Shown here in pieces: positions 29,266 to 38,921 of a DNA stretch of 52,346 nt (positions within the stretch are counted from its first letter, which is position 1; every line of letters starts with the position of its first letter). The notes beneath the pieces were generated by a model. It was not told the DNA's origin. It made no database searches and worked only from the letters and a program-made list of their open reading frames with translations. Source of the DNA: an uncultured Victivallales bacterium (GTDB taxonomy: Bacteria; Verrucomicrobiota; Kiritimatiellia; UBA8416; CAYRKB01); assembly GCA_964424705.1 (NCBI GenBank), contig CAYRKB010000006.1, positions 4,554-56,899 on the forward strand. The letters are read 5' to 3'. The position numbers were made by a program, and so were the translations under genes.

Positions 29266-31011
29266 ATGAAGCCTAAAGTCGTCATTATCTTTCTTCTGCT
29301 CGTTGTGCTGCCCACGGCGATGCTGACGTTTGTTGCGAATCTCTCCTTTCGCAACTGGGAGACGATTCTGCAGCGGCGTCTTGAGGTGGGTGCGAGCAGC
29401 GCGATCGACTCAGTTGCCGCGAAAGTAGAGGGCTCGCTCGATCGTGTCGCCTCGGATCTTGCAGCGGCATTTGCGGACCCGCTGAGCCGCGACGGAAAGG
29501 ATTCTGACTTCGCGGTGACCGCCATCCGTCTGCGCGCGCGTAATCCAATCATACGGCAGGCGTATCTCTATCTGAACCCGTGGGGCTTTGTGTGGCCGGA
29601 GGAGCGGGCCGACGAAGACCCCTCCGAGCATAAGCACCGTGAGGCCGTGCTGGAAGCGCTCCGCCGGGAGGCGACGGTCGCGGGCCCGCTGGCCACTATG
29701 CTAAGGCCCGAGGCAGGCGCCGGAAGTTGTGTGTTTCGGGCCATCTCCGGGCGGCCGAACCTGTACTGCGGCTTCGAAATCGACAGCGAAGAGCTTATCG
29801 TCCAGATGGACAAGGCCATGGCCGAGGCCTCACACGACGGGATCAAGCTGCAGACTGAATCGCCCATCAGCGAGGACCGCGACGTGGGCGGAGACGTGCT
29901 GGTGCAGGATTCGTTCGACTTGAAACCTGAAGTGGCGGAGCGCTCCGAGCGCAGGGGGCTCGCGCTGCTGGCGCAGGGCCGGCTTCGCAAGCCGCTGAAC
30001 TCGGTGCGTGTGAGCGCCTACCTTACGGACTCCGCAGAGGTGCGCCAGAGGGAGGCCCAGAAAGGCCGGCTGTACGGATGGAGCATTCTGCTTCTGGCCG
30101 CCGGCATCGTCGTGGGTGTGTGGCTCGTACTTCGGCAGGCCGCCCTGGAAATTCATGACGCCCGCAAGCGCAGCGAACTCATGATGAGCGTATCGCACGA
30201 CTTGCGGACCCCTGTCGCCTCGATGAAGATGCTGGCCGAGAGCCTGTTCTTTAACACAGTGACTGATGCGGAAAAACGCAGCAAGTTTCTTGGGACGATC
30301 ATTCGCGAATGCGAGCGTCTTAACCAACTCGTGGAACGCGTGCTCTTTCTTGTCCGCTTTGGCCAGAACGCCATGGTCTATGCGATCCGGGAACTGGACC
30401 CCGGCAAACTGGTGTCCGACACAGTGCACCTGTTCCGTGCCCGGTTCTCCGAAGATGGGCCCGTCGAACACCGGGTGGATGTTGAACTCCACGTCGGGAC
30501 GGAGCTTCCGGTAGTTCATGGCGATCGCACCGCGCTGACGCAACTGCTTCTTAACCTCATGGACAACGCCGAGAAGTATTCGAGGAAGAAGGCCCGCGCA
30601 GCGCTTCAAATGGAGGGCGAGGAGCCGGGATTGGACGCCGCGGTGAATGCCAGGGAGTCGGGGGCTGAGCCGCTCCCCGTTCGCATCGAAGTGTCCGTGC
30701 GGCGGGTGGAGCGGCCTGGCTTTCTTGGGCCGCGCGAATGGGTTGAGATTGCGGTGAAGGATCATGGCATCGGCATGGAGCAAGCGGAGCTGCGACGTAT
30801 CTTTCGAAGATTCTACCGCGTCGCGGACGCGCGGCGTGACCATGTCGCTGGCGTTGGCCTGGGCCTTGCCATGTGTCGCCATGTTGCCGAATCGCATGGC
30901 GGATGGATCGAGGTCGACAGCGTACCGGACGCGGGGAGTGAGTTTCGAGTGGTGCTGCCGGTGGGCAGGGACAACAGGAAGAAAGCGAACGGGGAGAGGA
31001 ATTCGCCATGA
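29266..31011 (+). CDS. Membrane sensor histidine kinase
   Basis: Two TM segments, H-box SHDLRTP, N-box NLMDNAEKY, DHGIGM, GVGLGL. Confidence 0.95.
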   Translation: MKPKVVIIFLLLVVLPTAMLTFVANLSFRNWETILQRRLEVGASSAIDSVAAKVEGSLDRVASDLAAAFADPLSRDGKDSDFAVTAIRLRARNPIIRQAYLYLNPWGFVWPEERADEDPSEHKHREAVLEALRREATVAGPLATMLRPEAGAGSCVFRAISGRPNLYCGFEIDSEELIVQMDKAMAEASHDGIKLQTESPISEDRDVGGDVLVQDSFDLKPEVAERSERRGLALLAQGRLRKPLNSVRVSAYLTDSAEVRQREAQKGRLYGWSILLLAAGIVVGVWLVLRQAALEIHDARKRSELMMSVSHDLRTPVASMKMLAESLFFNTVTDAEKRSKFLGTIIRECERLNQLVERVLFLVRFGQNAMVYAIRELDPGKLVSDTVHLFRARFSEDGPVEHRVDVELHVGTELPVVHGDRTALTQLLLNLMDNAEKYSRKKARAALQMEGEEPGLDAAVNARESGAEPLPVRIEVSVRRVERPGFLGPREWVEIAVKDHGIGMEQAELRRIFRRFYRVADARRDHVAGVGLGLAMCRHVAESHGGWIEVDSVPDAGSEFRVVLPVGRDNRKKANGERNSP

Positions 31012-31697
31012 CAGACAAACCGCGCGTTTTGATTGTCGAGGATGAAGAAGCCATCATGCTCGGTCTGGAGGAGAACCTGAAAGCCGCAGGGTACGAGGTT
31101 CTGAAGGCCTCGGACGGTCACCGCGCCCTGCGGCTGGCACAGGAGGCAAGCCCCAGCCTGATCCTTCTCGACCTCATGATCCCTGGCATTTCGGGGTATG
31201 AAGTATGCCGCGAACTGCGCGGCAAGGGCCTCCAGATGCCGGTTATCATGCTCACCGCGCGCCAGGAGGAGTTCGACAAACTACACGGATTCGAAATGGG
31301 CGCTGACGACTACGTCACCAAGCCCTTCAGCATTCAGGAGTTGCTGGCTCGCGTGAAGGCCATGTTGCTCCGAGGGAGGGCCCGCGCCGAGGGCACTCGC
31401 AAGTACGAGTTTGATGATTGCGCGGTCGACCTCGATTCGCGCACCTTGCTCCGCAAGGGGAAGGATGTTCCGCTGACCAGAACGGAGTTCGAACTGCTCG
31501 CCTACTTCTGCAGAAATGAAGGCAAGGCCCTCACGCGGGAGAACGTGATGAATGACGTGTGGGGCACTGGGTACTTCGGCACCCAGCGGTCGCTTGACAG
31601 TTTTGTGGCCAGCCTAAGGGCGAAGATTGAGCTGAAGGCCGCAAAGCCGAAGCACATCCTGACCGTGCATGGCGTAGGATACAAATTTGTGAAGTGA
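31008..31697 (+). CDS. OmpR-family response regulator
   Basis: LIVEDE, LDLMIP, GADDYVTKPF, winged-helix ILTVHGVGYKF. Confidence 0.95.
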   Translation: MTDKPRVLIVEDEEAIMLGLEENLKAAGYEVLKASDGHRALRLAQEASPSLILLDLMIPGISGYEVCRELRGKGLQMPVIMLTARQEEFDKLHGFEMGADDYVTKPFSIQELLARVKAMLLRGRARAEGTRKYEFDDCAVDLDSRTLLRKGKDVPLTRTEFELLAYFCRNEGKALTRENVMNDVWGTGYFGTQRSLDSFVASLRAKIELKAAKPKHILTVHGVGYKFVK

Positions 31698-31764
31698 CGG
31701 GGCCGGATGGGCACCCAATTGAACTTCGCTAACATGCCCTTCTTGTGGTATATCACGCGGCATC

Positions 31765-32517
31765 ATGCATACCCGTAAGCACACGTTTGTCTTAACCTGC
31801 GGCTTGCTGCTTGGCTGTCTGCTCCCGACCTTGGCGCAGGCGTCATCCAATGAAATGGCTGAGGCTGCGATGCCTGGTCCCACCGGCCGCTTCGATGCCA
31901 TGGAGCCGGATGGAAAAGGGGCTGTTCCCGCGCAGCGCTATCCTCAACCGGCCGAGGGGTCAACAGTGTCCACGGCGCTGACCACGCTGGATTGGGACGA
32001 CGTTCCGGGCGCAACGAGGTACGAAGTCTATTTCGGGAAACGTGCGAAGCTGGGCTACGGCGCGTTGCGTGGCACCGTTCTGTTGAGCCAATGGCCGCTG
32101 GATGTTGAATTGGTTCCCAGAACCACGTACTACTGGATGATTACGGCGGTGAACCCTTATGGCAAAGCGACGGGCAGCGTCTGGAGGTTCACAACAGCGG
32201 CGCTGCCTCCTCCCGCGTCCCCTTCCGCTCCTTCTCCTGCCGATGGCCAGACTTCGGCGAGCCTCAACCTGGTTGCGCTGGATTGGGCGGACGTAGAAGG
32301 GGCGAAGTCCTACAGCGTGTTCTTTGGAACCAAGCGAAGGCTTGACCTGAATGACCACCGCGGGGATGTTTCGCTGAGCAGGTGGCAGCTGGGCTCGGCG
32401 CTGTCTCCCGGAACCACCTACTTCTGGAAAGTTGTGGCGAGGAATCCAACCGGCAGTTCGACGGGCGCTCTCTGGCGATTCACCACCGATAAGGCATCGC
32501 CACCCGGGAGGTTTTGA
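31765..32517 (+). CDS. Secreted protein with two tandem FN3-like beta domains
   Basis: Signal peptide ending AQA; two copies of P.P..G....LDW..V.GA..Y.V.FG...TTY.W...A.NP.G...G..WRFTT. Confidence 0.8.
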   Translation: MHTRKHTFVLTCGLLLGCLLPTLAQASSNEMAEAAMPGPTGRFDAMEPDGKGAVPAQRYPQPAEGSTVSTALTTLDWDDVPGATRYEVYFGKRAKLGYGALRGTVLLSQWPLDVELVPRTTYYWMITAVNPYGKATGSVWRFTTAALPPPASPSAPSPADGQTSASLNLVALDWADVEGAKSYSVFFGTKRRLDLNDHRGDVSLSRWQLGSALSPGTTYFWKVVARNPTGSSTGALWRFTTDKASPPGRF

Positions 32518-32557
32518 CAGGGTAGCGTACAGCGGGAGAGAGTCGCTTGCCCTTGCG

Positions 32558-32591
32558 GGCCGCACGGATACAAATCACGTGCGGCCTTTTT
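32558..32591 (+). terminator. Rho-independent terminator
   Basis: GGCCGCACG, 11-nt loop, CGTGCGGCC, then TTTTT; 40 bp after the stop at 32517. Confidence 0.8.
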
Positions 32592-32768
32592 GTTTCGCGG
32601 CAGGGATCGGGCCATGGATGCGCGCAGAATCGCGTCATGGCAGGAGCAGCATCCTCGCGCAGTAGGTTGTCGAGTGTCATGTAGCTGCGCATGCCGTTTC
32701 GTCCGCCCGATGAAGGTCCCATCCGTGCCCTGCAACGTGCTATAGAAGTCGCCGATAAGCACGGGCTT

Positions 32769-32811
32769 TTCGGCCTGAATCGCTTGACTTCAGGCCGAAT
32801 GAGGGTAGGTT
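32769..32811 (+). promoter_or_regulatory. Perfect 11-bp inverted repeat overlapping a possible sigma70 promoter of queE
   Basis: TTCGGCCTGAA-N9-TTCAGGCCGAA (32769-32799); TTGACT (32784-32789), 16 bp, TAGGTT (32806-32811). Confidence 0.5.
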
Positions 32812-32829
32812 GCGGCCCGGAAGGAAGAA

Positions 32830-33522
32830 ATGAAACTAGCCGAGATATTCTATTCCGTTCAGGGCGAAGGGCAGCTTGCGGGGGTGCCGTCGGTTTTCAT
32901 CCGGTTCGCCGGGTGCAATTTGCGGTGTACATGGTGCGACGCGAAGCATGCGTCGTGGCATCCGGAGTCCGAGGAGTGGACCGAGGCGGACGTATTGCGC
33001 GAAGTGGAGAAGTACAATACGCGGCATTGTGTGATCACGGGCGGAGAGCCGGGCATACATCCCGAGCTCGCAAGCCTGAGCCAGCGGCTGCGCGCAACAG
33101 GCCGGCACATAACCATCGAAACCAACGACACCCGCTTCCAAGCGGAGGTTGCCTGCGACCTGGCCTCGATAAGCCCCAAGCTGGAGCATTCGATTGCCGA
33201 CCCCGCCGCGTTTCCGGGCGAGTCCGCCCTCCAGCGGGAGCGGCGCTGGAACCTCGACGCGTTCAGAGGATGGCTCGACCACTACGAGTACCAGCTCAAG
33301 TTTGTATTATGCACGGCCGCCGACGTGCTTGAGATTCAGGAGCTGGTCCGATTGATCGACCGCAAGATTCTGCCCGACCGGATTCTCCTGATGCCCGAGG
33401 GAACGGATCCGAAGACGATTCGGAGCCGCAGTGCGGAAGTTGTCCGGCTCTGCAAGCAGCACGGCTACCGGTACTGCTGCCGACTGCAGCTCGACCTGTT
33501 CGGCAACGCCAGAGGCACCTGA
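32830..33522 (+). CDS. queE: 7-carboxy-7-deazaguanine synthase (radical SAM)
   Basis: EIFYSVQGEG, FIRFAGCNLRCTWCD (CxxxCxxC), ITGGEP, SISPKL, LMPEG. Confidence 0.9.
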   Translation: MKLAEIFYSVQGEGQLAGVPSVFIRFAGCNLRCTWCDAKHASWHPESEEWTEADVLREVEKYNTRHCVITGGEPGIHPELASLSQRLRATGRHITIETNDTRFQAEVACDLASISPKLEHSIADPAAFPGESALQRERRWNLDAFRGWLDHYEYQLKFVLCTAADVLEIQELVRLIDRKILPDRILLMPEGTDPKTIRSRSAEVVRLCKQHGYRYCCRLQLDLFGNARGT

Positions 33523-33544
33523 TCCGGGCCGCTGCGACAGGAGC

Positions 33545-34339
33545 TCACCCGTCTGACGGGATTGCTTCGGGCTCGCCCGCATCCTGCGGCGCCTGCCCGG
33601 ACAGCGAGGACGCAAAGCGGTCGAGGTATTTGATGCTCACGACGAACTCGTGCGGCAGAGGAGACGCGATTTCAAGGGGTTGCCCCGTGACAGGATGCGC
33701 GAAGCGCAGGCAGCTCTCGTGCAGCGCCAGCTGCCGCATCAGCGGCCGTTCCGGTATGTTCTTCTTGAACTTGTAGTCAGGTTTGATGCGCGACAGGAAG
33801 AGCGTGTGACCGGCGCCATATGCGCTGTCGGCGAGGATCGGTGCGCCCAGAGACGCCATATGGACGCGCAGCTGATGCGTGCGGTTCGTCAGCGGGTGCA
33901 GAGTCACCATTGTGAATCCGCGCCAGCGCCGGACCACGGCGTAGTCCGTTTCCGCGGGCTTCCCCTTCTCGCTGACCATGATTTTGCCTTGATGCATCGG
34001 GTCGTCCGCCAGGGCCAGCGTCACCTTGCCGCGCTCCTCGGGCGGGCCGCCGCGAACCAGCGCGGTGTATTCCTGCGTCATATCACGCGTTTCAAACAGT
34101 CTGCAGAGCGTCCGCAGGCCCGCTCGGGTTTTCGCGCAAACGATAACGCCGCTGGTCTCGCGGTCCAGGCGATGGGCCGGGGCGCACTCGGGCGAGATGT
34201 TTTCGTGGATCAAGTCCGTCAGGTTTTCCTTCTCCTTATCCCACCGGTCTTGCGCGACCAGCAGCCCGCTGGGCTTGTCGAATGCAATCAGGCTGTCGTC
34301 TTCAAAGAGGATGGCGGGCAGGTTCTTTACGGTGCGCAT
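33545..34339 (-). CDS. RluA-family pseudouridine synthase
   Basis: DKPSGLL, HRLDRETSG catalytic motif, RTHQLRVHM, LALH..L.F.HP. Confidence 0.93.
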   Translation of the reverse strand: MRTVKNLPAILFEDDSLIAFDKPSGLLVAQDRWDKEKENLTDLIHENISPECAPAHRLDRETSGVIVCAKTRAGLRTLCRLFETRDMTQEYTALVRGGPPEERGKVTLALADDPMHQGKIMVSEKGKPAETDYAVVRRWRGFTMVTLHPLTNRTHQLRVHMASLGAPILADSAYGAGHTLFLSRIKPDYKFKKNIPERPLMRQLALHESCLRFAHPVTGQPLEIASPLPHEFVVSIKYLDRFASSLSGQAPQDAGEPEAIPSDG

Positions 34340-34457
34340 TGTTCGCGGTTTCCTTTCGTTGTGCCGGGGAGCATCATGTCCCGTGTGGCGCAAAGTGGGT
34401 CATTGTCCTGCTTTCTCGACTAGATAGCAAGGAAAGGCGTTGTTCTGCCCTTCCGTT

Positions 34458-35639
34458 CTACTCTTCCGCCACGGGCGCTGCTGCGGCGCGGAGCGTCGCC
34501 CCGTCGCCCAGCACCCGCACATCTGGCCAGCGCAGGCGGCTGCCCCGTTCTGTTTCCGCGAGCTCTTTTTTAGCGGCGGAGGACAAGCCGCGCGTCTGGA
34601 CTTCGTACGGATGGATCTGCCCGTCCGCAGCGCAGCCCCACGTGGTGAAGCGCCCCTTCTGTGCATTCATGGGGGCAACCAGACGTGCCCGCGCGGAATC
34701 GGCTTCGGCTGCCGGGGGCGCTTCGCGCGAAAGCGCGAGGAAGCTGAACTTCAGGAACTGCACGCTGCGGAACAGATGCCGGTTGAGGAAGTGCAGGGAG
34801 GGCGGCGCTTTCCAGCGGCGCACTTCATGGCACCACGCCTCGCCCTTCTGGCGCAGCGGGCAGGGCGCCTGATGGAGGCATGGCCCGAGGATGCGGAAGC
34901 GCCCGCTTGCCGCGGCGCTGTCGCGCAGCCGCTCGATGCGCTCGGCCGTCTGGCGCAGGGCCGGCTCGCATAGCACCAGCGTGCCGCCCGGCGCGAGATG
35001 GTCAAGCGTGTGCTGCAGCCACTCTTCCGCGGCGCCGGCGGGGCCGCCTTCAAGCGCTTCATTCAGGGCGAACGAACACAGGATGACATCCCACGGGCCC
35101 GCGGCGGCAGGCGGCAAGGCGAGGAGCGTGCCGACGGCGGTTGTGAGTTCGGCCGCCGGCCACAGCGCGGGGCGCAGGGATCCGAACAGCTCGCGCATGA
35201 CCGCCAGGCTCGCTTCGGATCGATCCACTGCGAGCAGGCTGATCGGGCGGGCGTTGGCCGGCGGGCGGCCGGTGAGGCTGGCGAGTGCGAGCGAGGCCGC
35301 GCCGAGGCCCGCGCCCAGGTCCAGCACGCGCAGCGGACCGGGGCCGGCGGCCGCCAGCGCGCGGCCGCCCGCCGTGCATTCGCGCAGGATGCAGCGCATG
35401 CGCGTGAAGGTCTGCGGGAAGAAGAACAGGCCGTACGCCAGCAGCGCGCGCGGATCGTCAGCGTACGCCGCGAAGCCTGTGGCGCGATCGGTGGTGAACA
35501 GGTCGCTCAAGCGGGACGTGAACGGCTCCAGCTTTGCGATGGCCCGCGCAGGATGAACGTCCTCCAGCTCCTGGCAGACGCGGGCAATCCACCAGCGTTC
35601 GAGGTTGACGGGATAGGCGTCCGCGTACATTCCGGTCAT
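34458..35639 (-). CDS. Rsm22-family SAM methyltransferase
   Basis: AYGLFFFP, VLDLGAGLG, SFALNE, LCEPA, GPCLHQAPCPL..WCH, KFSFL; ATGA overlap with the upstream gene. Confidence 0.82.
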   Translation of the reverse strand: MTGMYADAYPVNLERWWIARVCQELEDVHPARAIAKLEPFTSRLSDLFTTDRATGFAAYADDPRALLAYGLFFFPQTFTRMRCILRECTAGGRALAAAGPGPLRVLDLGAGLGAASLALASLTGRPPANARPISLLAVDRSEASLAVMRELFGSLRPALWPAAELTTAVGTLLALPPAAAGPWDVILCSFALNEALEGGPAGAAEEWLQHTLDHLAPGGTLVLCEPALRQTAERIERLRDSAAASGRFRILGPCLHQAPCPLRQKGEAWCHEVRRWKAPPSLHFLNRHLFRSVQFLKFSFLALSREAPPAAEADSARARLVAPMNAQKGRFTTWGCAADGQIHPYEVQTRGLSSAAKKELAETERGSRLRWPDVRVLGDGATLRAAAAPVAEE

Positions 35640-36220
35640 TGCTTCTCCAGTACCACGCTGGAGAACACCTTGAACTCCGCGCCGGATCGCCACGCATCAG
35701 GGCGGGTGCCGGCCTTCTCGCAGAGGGAGGAGAGCGTCTCCTCCTTCGTCCATCCCTGCTCCACGGCGACCTCGGGAAGGTAGACCGCGCGGTACACGCC
35801 TTTCTCGAAGATGATGCCGTGCTCCCCCGGCTTGAACTCGTCCAGCGAAGCGATGGCGCGGATCGGGCTCAGGATGGATACGTGCACGACAAGCGCCGCG
35901 AGCTCGCGCGGCGTAACGGGGCTGAAGCGGGGATCATGCAGCGCCGCCTGGATTGCGTTGTCGCGGACCGATTCGCAAAGAGGCCGGACGGGCGCCAGCG
36001 AGCCGATGCAGCCGCGCAGCATATCGCGTTCTTTCAACGTCACAAATGTGGCGGTCTTCGCCTTCAGCTTGTCGGTCAGCGTATAGTTGTTGAGCGCGAA
36101 TACGCCTCTCCCGCCGTCCACGCACCAGCGGAGCGTATCCTCGGCGATCGCGAACAGCGTCGCCTTTTCCTGGTCCGTCAGCGCGGGGGACCATTCGCCG
36201 CTCTTGTGTTCCCTGATCAT
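35636..36220 (-). CDS. AMMECR1-domain protein (AmmeMemoRadiSam protein A); frame also open to 36376
   Basis: ATFVTL..LRGCIG, AALHDPRF, VSILS, G.HG, AVYLPEVA.EQGW, LCEKAG; strong SD AAGGAGG before the ATG at 36220. Confidence 0.88.
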   Translation of the reverse strand: MIREHKSGEWSPALTDQEKATLFAIAEDTLRWCVDGGRGVFALNNYTLTDKLKAKTATFVTLKERDMLRGCIGSLAPVRPLCESVRDNAIQAALHDPRFSPVTPRELAALVVHVSILSPIRAIASLDEFKPGEHGIIFEKGVYRAVYLPEVAVEQGWTKEETLSSLCEKAGTRPDAWRSGAEFKVFSSVVLEKQ

Positions 36221-36412
36221 GACTTCCTCCTTGTGCGCGACCGGCTGGGCGCCCTGGCTCACCGTCTTTGAAGGTTCCGCCGCACACGACGCGCTTCCGG
36301 CCGCGAGCAGCGCCATGCAGGCCCGCCCGAGCCGCCGTGTCACAACGCGATATTGCAGAAGAACGTTCCTGCTCATGCCGGAAGGATACCTTTGCAGCGG
36401 CCGTGAGTCAAA

Positions 36413-36967
36413 TCACGAGCATCGGCGCTTGGGCAGGCGGCGCGACCAGACCAGGGCGTTTTCGAGGATCATCTGTTCCTGGTTGATGGTCTCCACAATG
36501 CCGTCCAGCAGGGCCCAGTAGCGCTTGGCCATCAGCTTGAGATCCTCGCCCATCTCGGAGCCGCCGAAGAGCTCCTTGTCGCGCTTGCCGAAATCCAGGC
36601 TGTGCTGCACCGCCCGCGAGTCGGGCGTGAGGCCGATGTCGCTGTCGGTGAGCAGCAGCCGGGTTTCAGACATGGGCGTCTCGTTGGCCGGGCGGCATGC
36701 GTCGAGATACCAGGTCGGCGAATCACTGAGCGAGTCGACGTGCAGGAAGTGCAGGATTTTCTTTTCCGCCTCGAACAGCTCCGCGATGCGCTCCAGCGAA
36801 ATCCCGAAAGCGCGGAGCCAGACGATCTTCTCGAGAAAACTGAGATACGCGTCGGAGTATCCTGCCGGCTGCGGGGGCGCCGGGAGGTCCAAGCTGCGCT
36901 GCACGTGGCGCACGAAGGTTGCGCTCTTGCCAAGCGCCAGACAGAGCTCGGAAAATCTGTGAGCCAT
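36413..36967 (-). CDS. Hypothetical protein with MerR-like N-terminal HTH
   Basis: FSELC..LG.S...VR, YS...L..L..I..LR..GISLERIAELF pattern. Confidence 0.6.
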   Translation of the reverse strand: MAHRFSELCLALGKSATFVRHVQRSLDLPAPPQPAGYSDAYLSFLEKIVWLRAFGISLERIAELFEAEKKILHFLHVDSLSDSPTWYLDACRPANETPMSETRLLLTDSDIGLTPDSRAVQHSLDFGKRDKELFGGSEMGEDLKLMAKRYWALLDGIVETINQEQMILENALVWSRRLPKRRCS

Positions 36968-37140
36968 GAACAAATCCCGCCGTGCCGAGTGAAGAGTATT
37001 CCCGCCGCTACATCTATCGCAGGCGGCCGGCCTGCGCAATCAAGAAGTCGCGCTAAAACTTCGGCTGGACGCGGGGCGTGCTCTGCGCCATGCTCTGCGG
37101 CCGCCCGTGAAGACGGGCGCTAGCACGGATCGGAGACGCC

Positions 37141-38817
37141 ATGGCTGGAGAATATGCATTCAATCTGCAGCGCCTGACCAAGCAGGTGGGGCGCACAAAC
37201 ATCCTGGAGGACGTGAATCTGGCGTTCTTCTTCGGCGCGCGCATCGGGGTGATCGGCTCCAACGGCTCGGGCAAGAGCACGCTGCTGCGCATCATGGCCG
37301 GCCAGGACAAAGATTACATGGGGGAGGTCTACGTGGCGCCCCGCGTGCGGATCGGCTACCTCGAGCAGGAGCCGCAGCTCGATCCCGAAAAGACGGTGGC
37401 GGCCGTGGTGGATGAGGGCGTCGCTGCCTCGCGCGCCGTGCTCAAGCGCTACGACGAGATCTGCGACCTGCTGGGCACGGACATGCCGCCCGCCGAGGAG
37501 GATTCTCTGAACGCGGAGCTTGGCCGCCTGCAGGACAAGATCGACGCAGAAGACCTGTGGGAGCTGGATCACCATGTGGAAGTTGCCATGGAGGCCCTGC
37601 GCCTGCCGCCCGGCGACGCGAAGATCGGCCCGCTCTCGGGCGGCGAGCGCCGCCGCGTGGCGCTTTGCCGGCTGCTGATCTCGCGGCCGGACGTGCTGCT
37701 CCTCGATGAACCCACTAACCACCTTGACGCCGAATCCGTGGGCTGGGTTGAAGAGTTCCTCAAGCGCTTCAAGGGCACGCTGGTCGTTGTCACCCACGAC
37801 CGCTACTTCCTTAACAACGTGACCGAGTGGATCCTTGAGCTCGACGCCGGCCGCGCCTATCCCTACAAGGGCAATTACGAGAGCTGGCTCGAACAGAAGC
37901 AGGCGCTGCTGGCGCAGGAGCAGAAGCAGGCCCAGTCGCGGCGCAAGCTGCTGGAGCAGGAGCTGCTGTGGGTCCGCATGAACGCCGGCGCGCGCCATTC
38001 CCGGAATCTGGCGCGCATCAAGCGCTACGACGAGCTCGCGGGTCAGACCGTGGATACGCGCGAGGAGGATGTGCGGATCCAGATTCCGCCCGGCCCCCGC
38101 CTCGGGGACCTTGTCGTGCGCGCGGAAAACCTGTCCTTCGGCTATGGCGACCGGGTGCTTATGGAGGGCGTGAACTTCGACCTGCCGCGGGGCGGCATCG
38201 TGGGCATCATGGGCGGCAACGGCGCCGGCAAGACCACGCTCTTCCGGCTCATGCTGGGGCAGGAAAAGCCCTGGGCTGGCGCGCTGCGCATGGGCGCAGG
38301 CGTCGTGATCTCGTGCGTGGACCAGCTGCGCGACGCGCTGTGCGCGGAGAGCACGGTGTATGAGGAAATCACCGGCGGGCGGGATACCGTGGACCTCGGC
38401 GGCCGGACCATGAACGGACGCGCATACTGCAGCCGCTTCAACTTCCGCGGCACGGAGCAGCAGAAGAAGGTCGGCAAGCTCTCAGGCGGCGAGCGGAACC
38501 GCGTACACCTGGCCAAGCTGCTGAAGAGCGGCGGCAACCTGCTGCTGCTTGACGAGCCCACGAACGATCTCGACATCGCGACGCTGCGCTCGCTCGAGGA
38601 GGCTTTGCTGAGCTTCGGCGGGTGCGCTATCGTCATCAGCCACGACCGCTGGTTCCTGGACCGGGTTGCCACGCACATCATGGCGTTTGAAGGCGAGAGC
38701 AAGGTGACGTGGTTCGAGGGGAACTACAGCGACTACCACGCGTACCGGCGCAAGCTGCTCGGCGATGAGGCGGACCGGCCGCACCGGATCAAGTTCCGGT
38801 CCGTGCAGCACGCTTGA
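37141..38817 (+). CDS. ettA: ABC-F translational throttle EttA
   Basis: Two ABC domains, FFFGARIGVIGSNGSGKSTL, PYKGNYESWLEQK, IPPGPRLG, LSGGERNRVHLAK, PHRIKF C-terminus. Confidence 0.95.
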   Translation: MAGEYAFNLQRLTKQVGRTNILEDVNLAFFFGARIGVIGSNGSGKSTLLRIMAGQDKDYMGEVYVAPRVRIGYLEQEPQLDPEKTVAAVVDEGVAASRAVLKRYDEICDLLGTDMPPAEEDSLNAELGRLQDKIDAEDLWELDHHVEVAMEALRLPPGDAKIGPLSGGERRRVALCRLLISRPDVLLLDEPTNHLDAESVGWVEEFLKRFKGTLVVVTHDRYFLNNVTEWILELDAGRAYPYKGNYESWLEQKQALLAQEQKQAQSRRKLLEQELLWVRMNAGARHSRNLARIKRYDELAGQTVDTREEDVRIQIPPGPRLGDLVVRAENLSFGYGDRVLMEGVNFDLPRGGIVGIMGGNGAGKTTLFRLMLGQEKPWAGALRMGAGVVISCVDQLRDALCAESTVYEEITGGRDTVDLGGRTMNGRAYCSRFNFRGTEQQKKVGKLSGGERNRVHLAKLLKSGGNLLLLDEPTNDLDIATLRSLEEALLSFGGCAIVISHDRWFLDRVATHIMAFEGESKVTWFEGNYSDYHAYRRKLLGDEADRPHRIKFRSVQHA

Positions 38818-38921
38818 GAAATGTGAAAGAGCCAGGAAAACAATGAACCTTCTTGCCGTCCGGATCGTTCACCTGAACGGCAGCTTGCGAGGTGAGGGGA
38901 CGCTTGAATAAGGAGATGGGG

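Noticed and set aside
36221-36376. Lipoprotein-like N-terminal extension on the AMMECR1 protein
   Set aside because: A strong SD before the ATG at 36220 explains the gene without it. It cannot be excluded.
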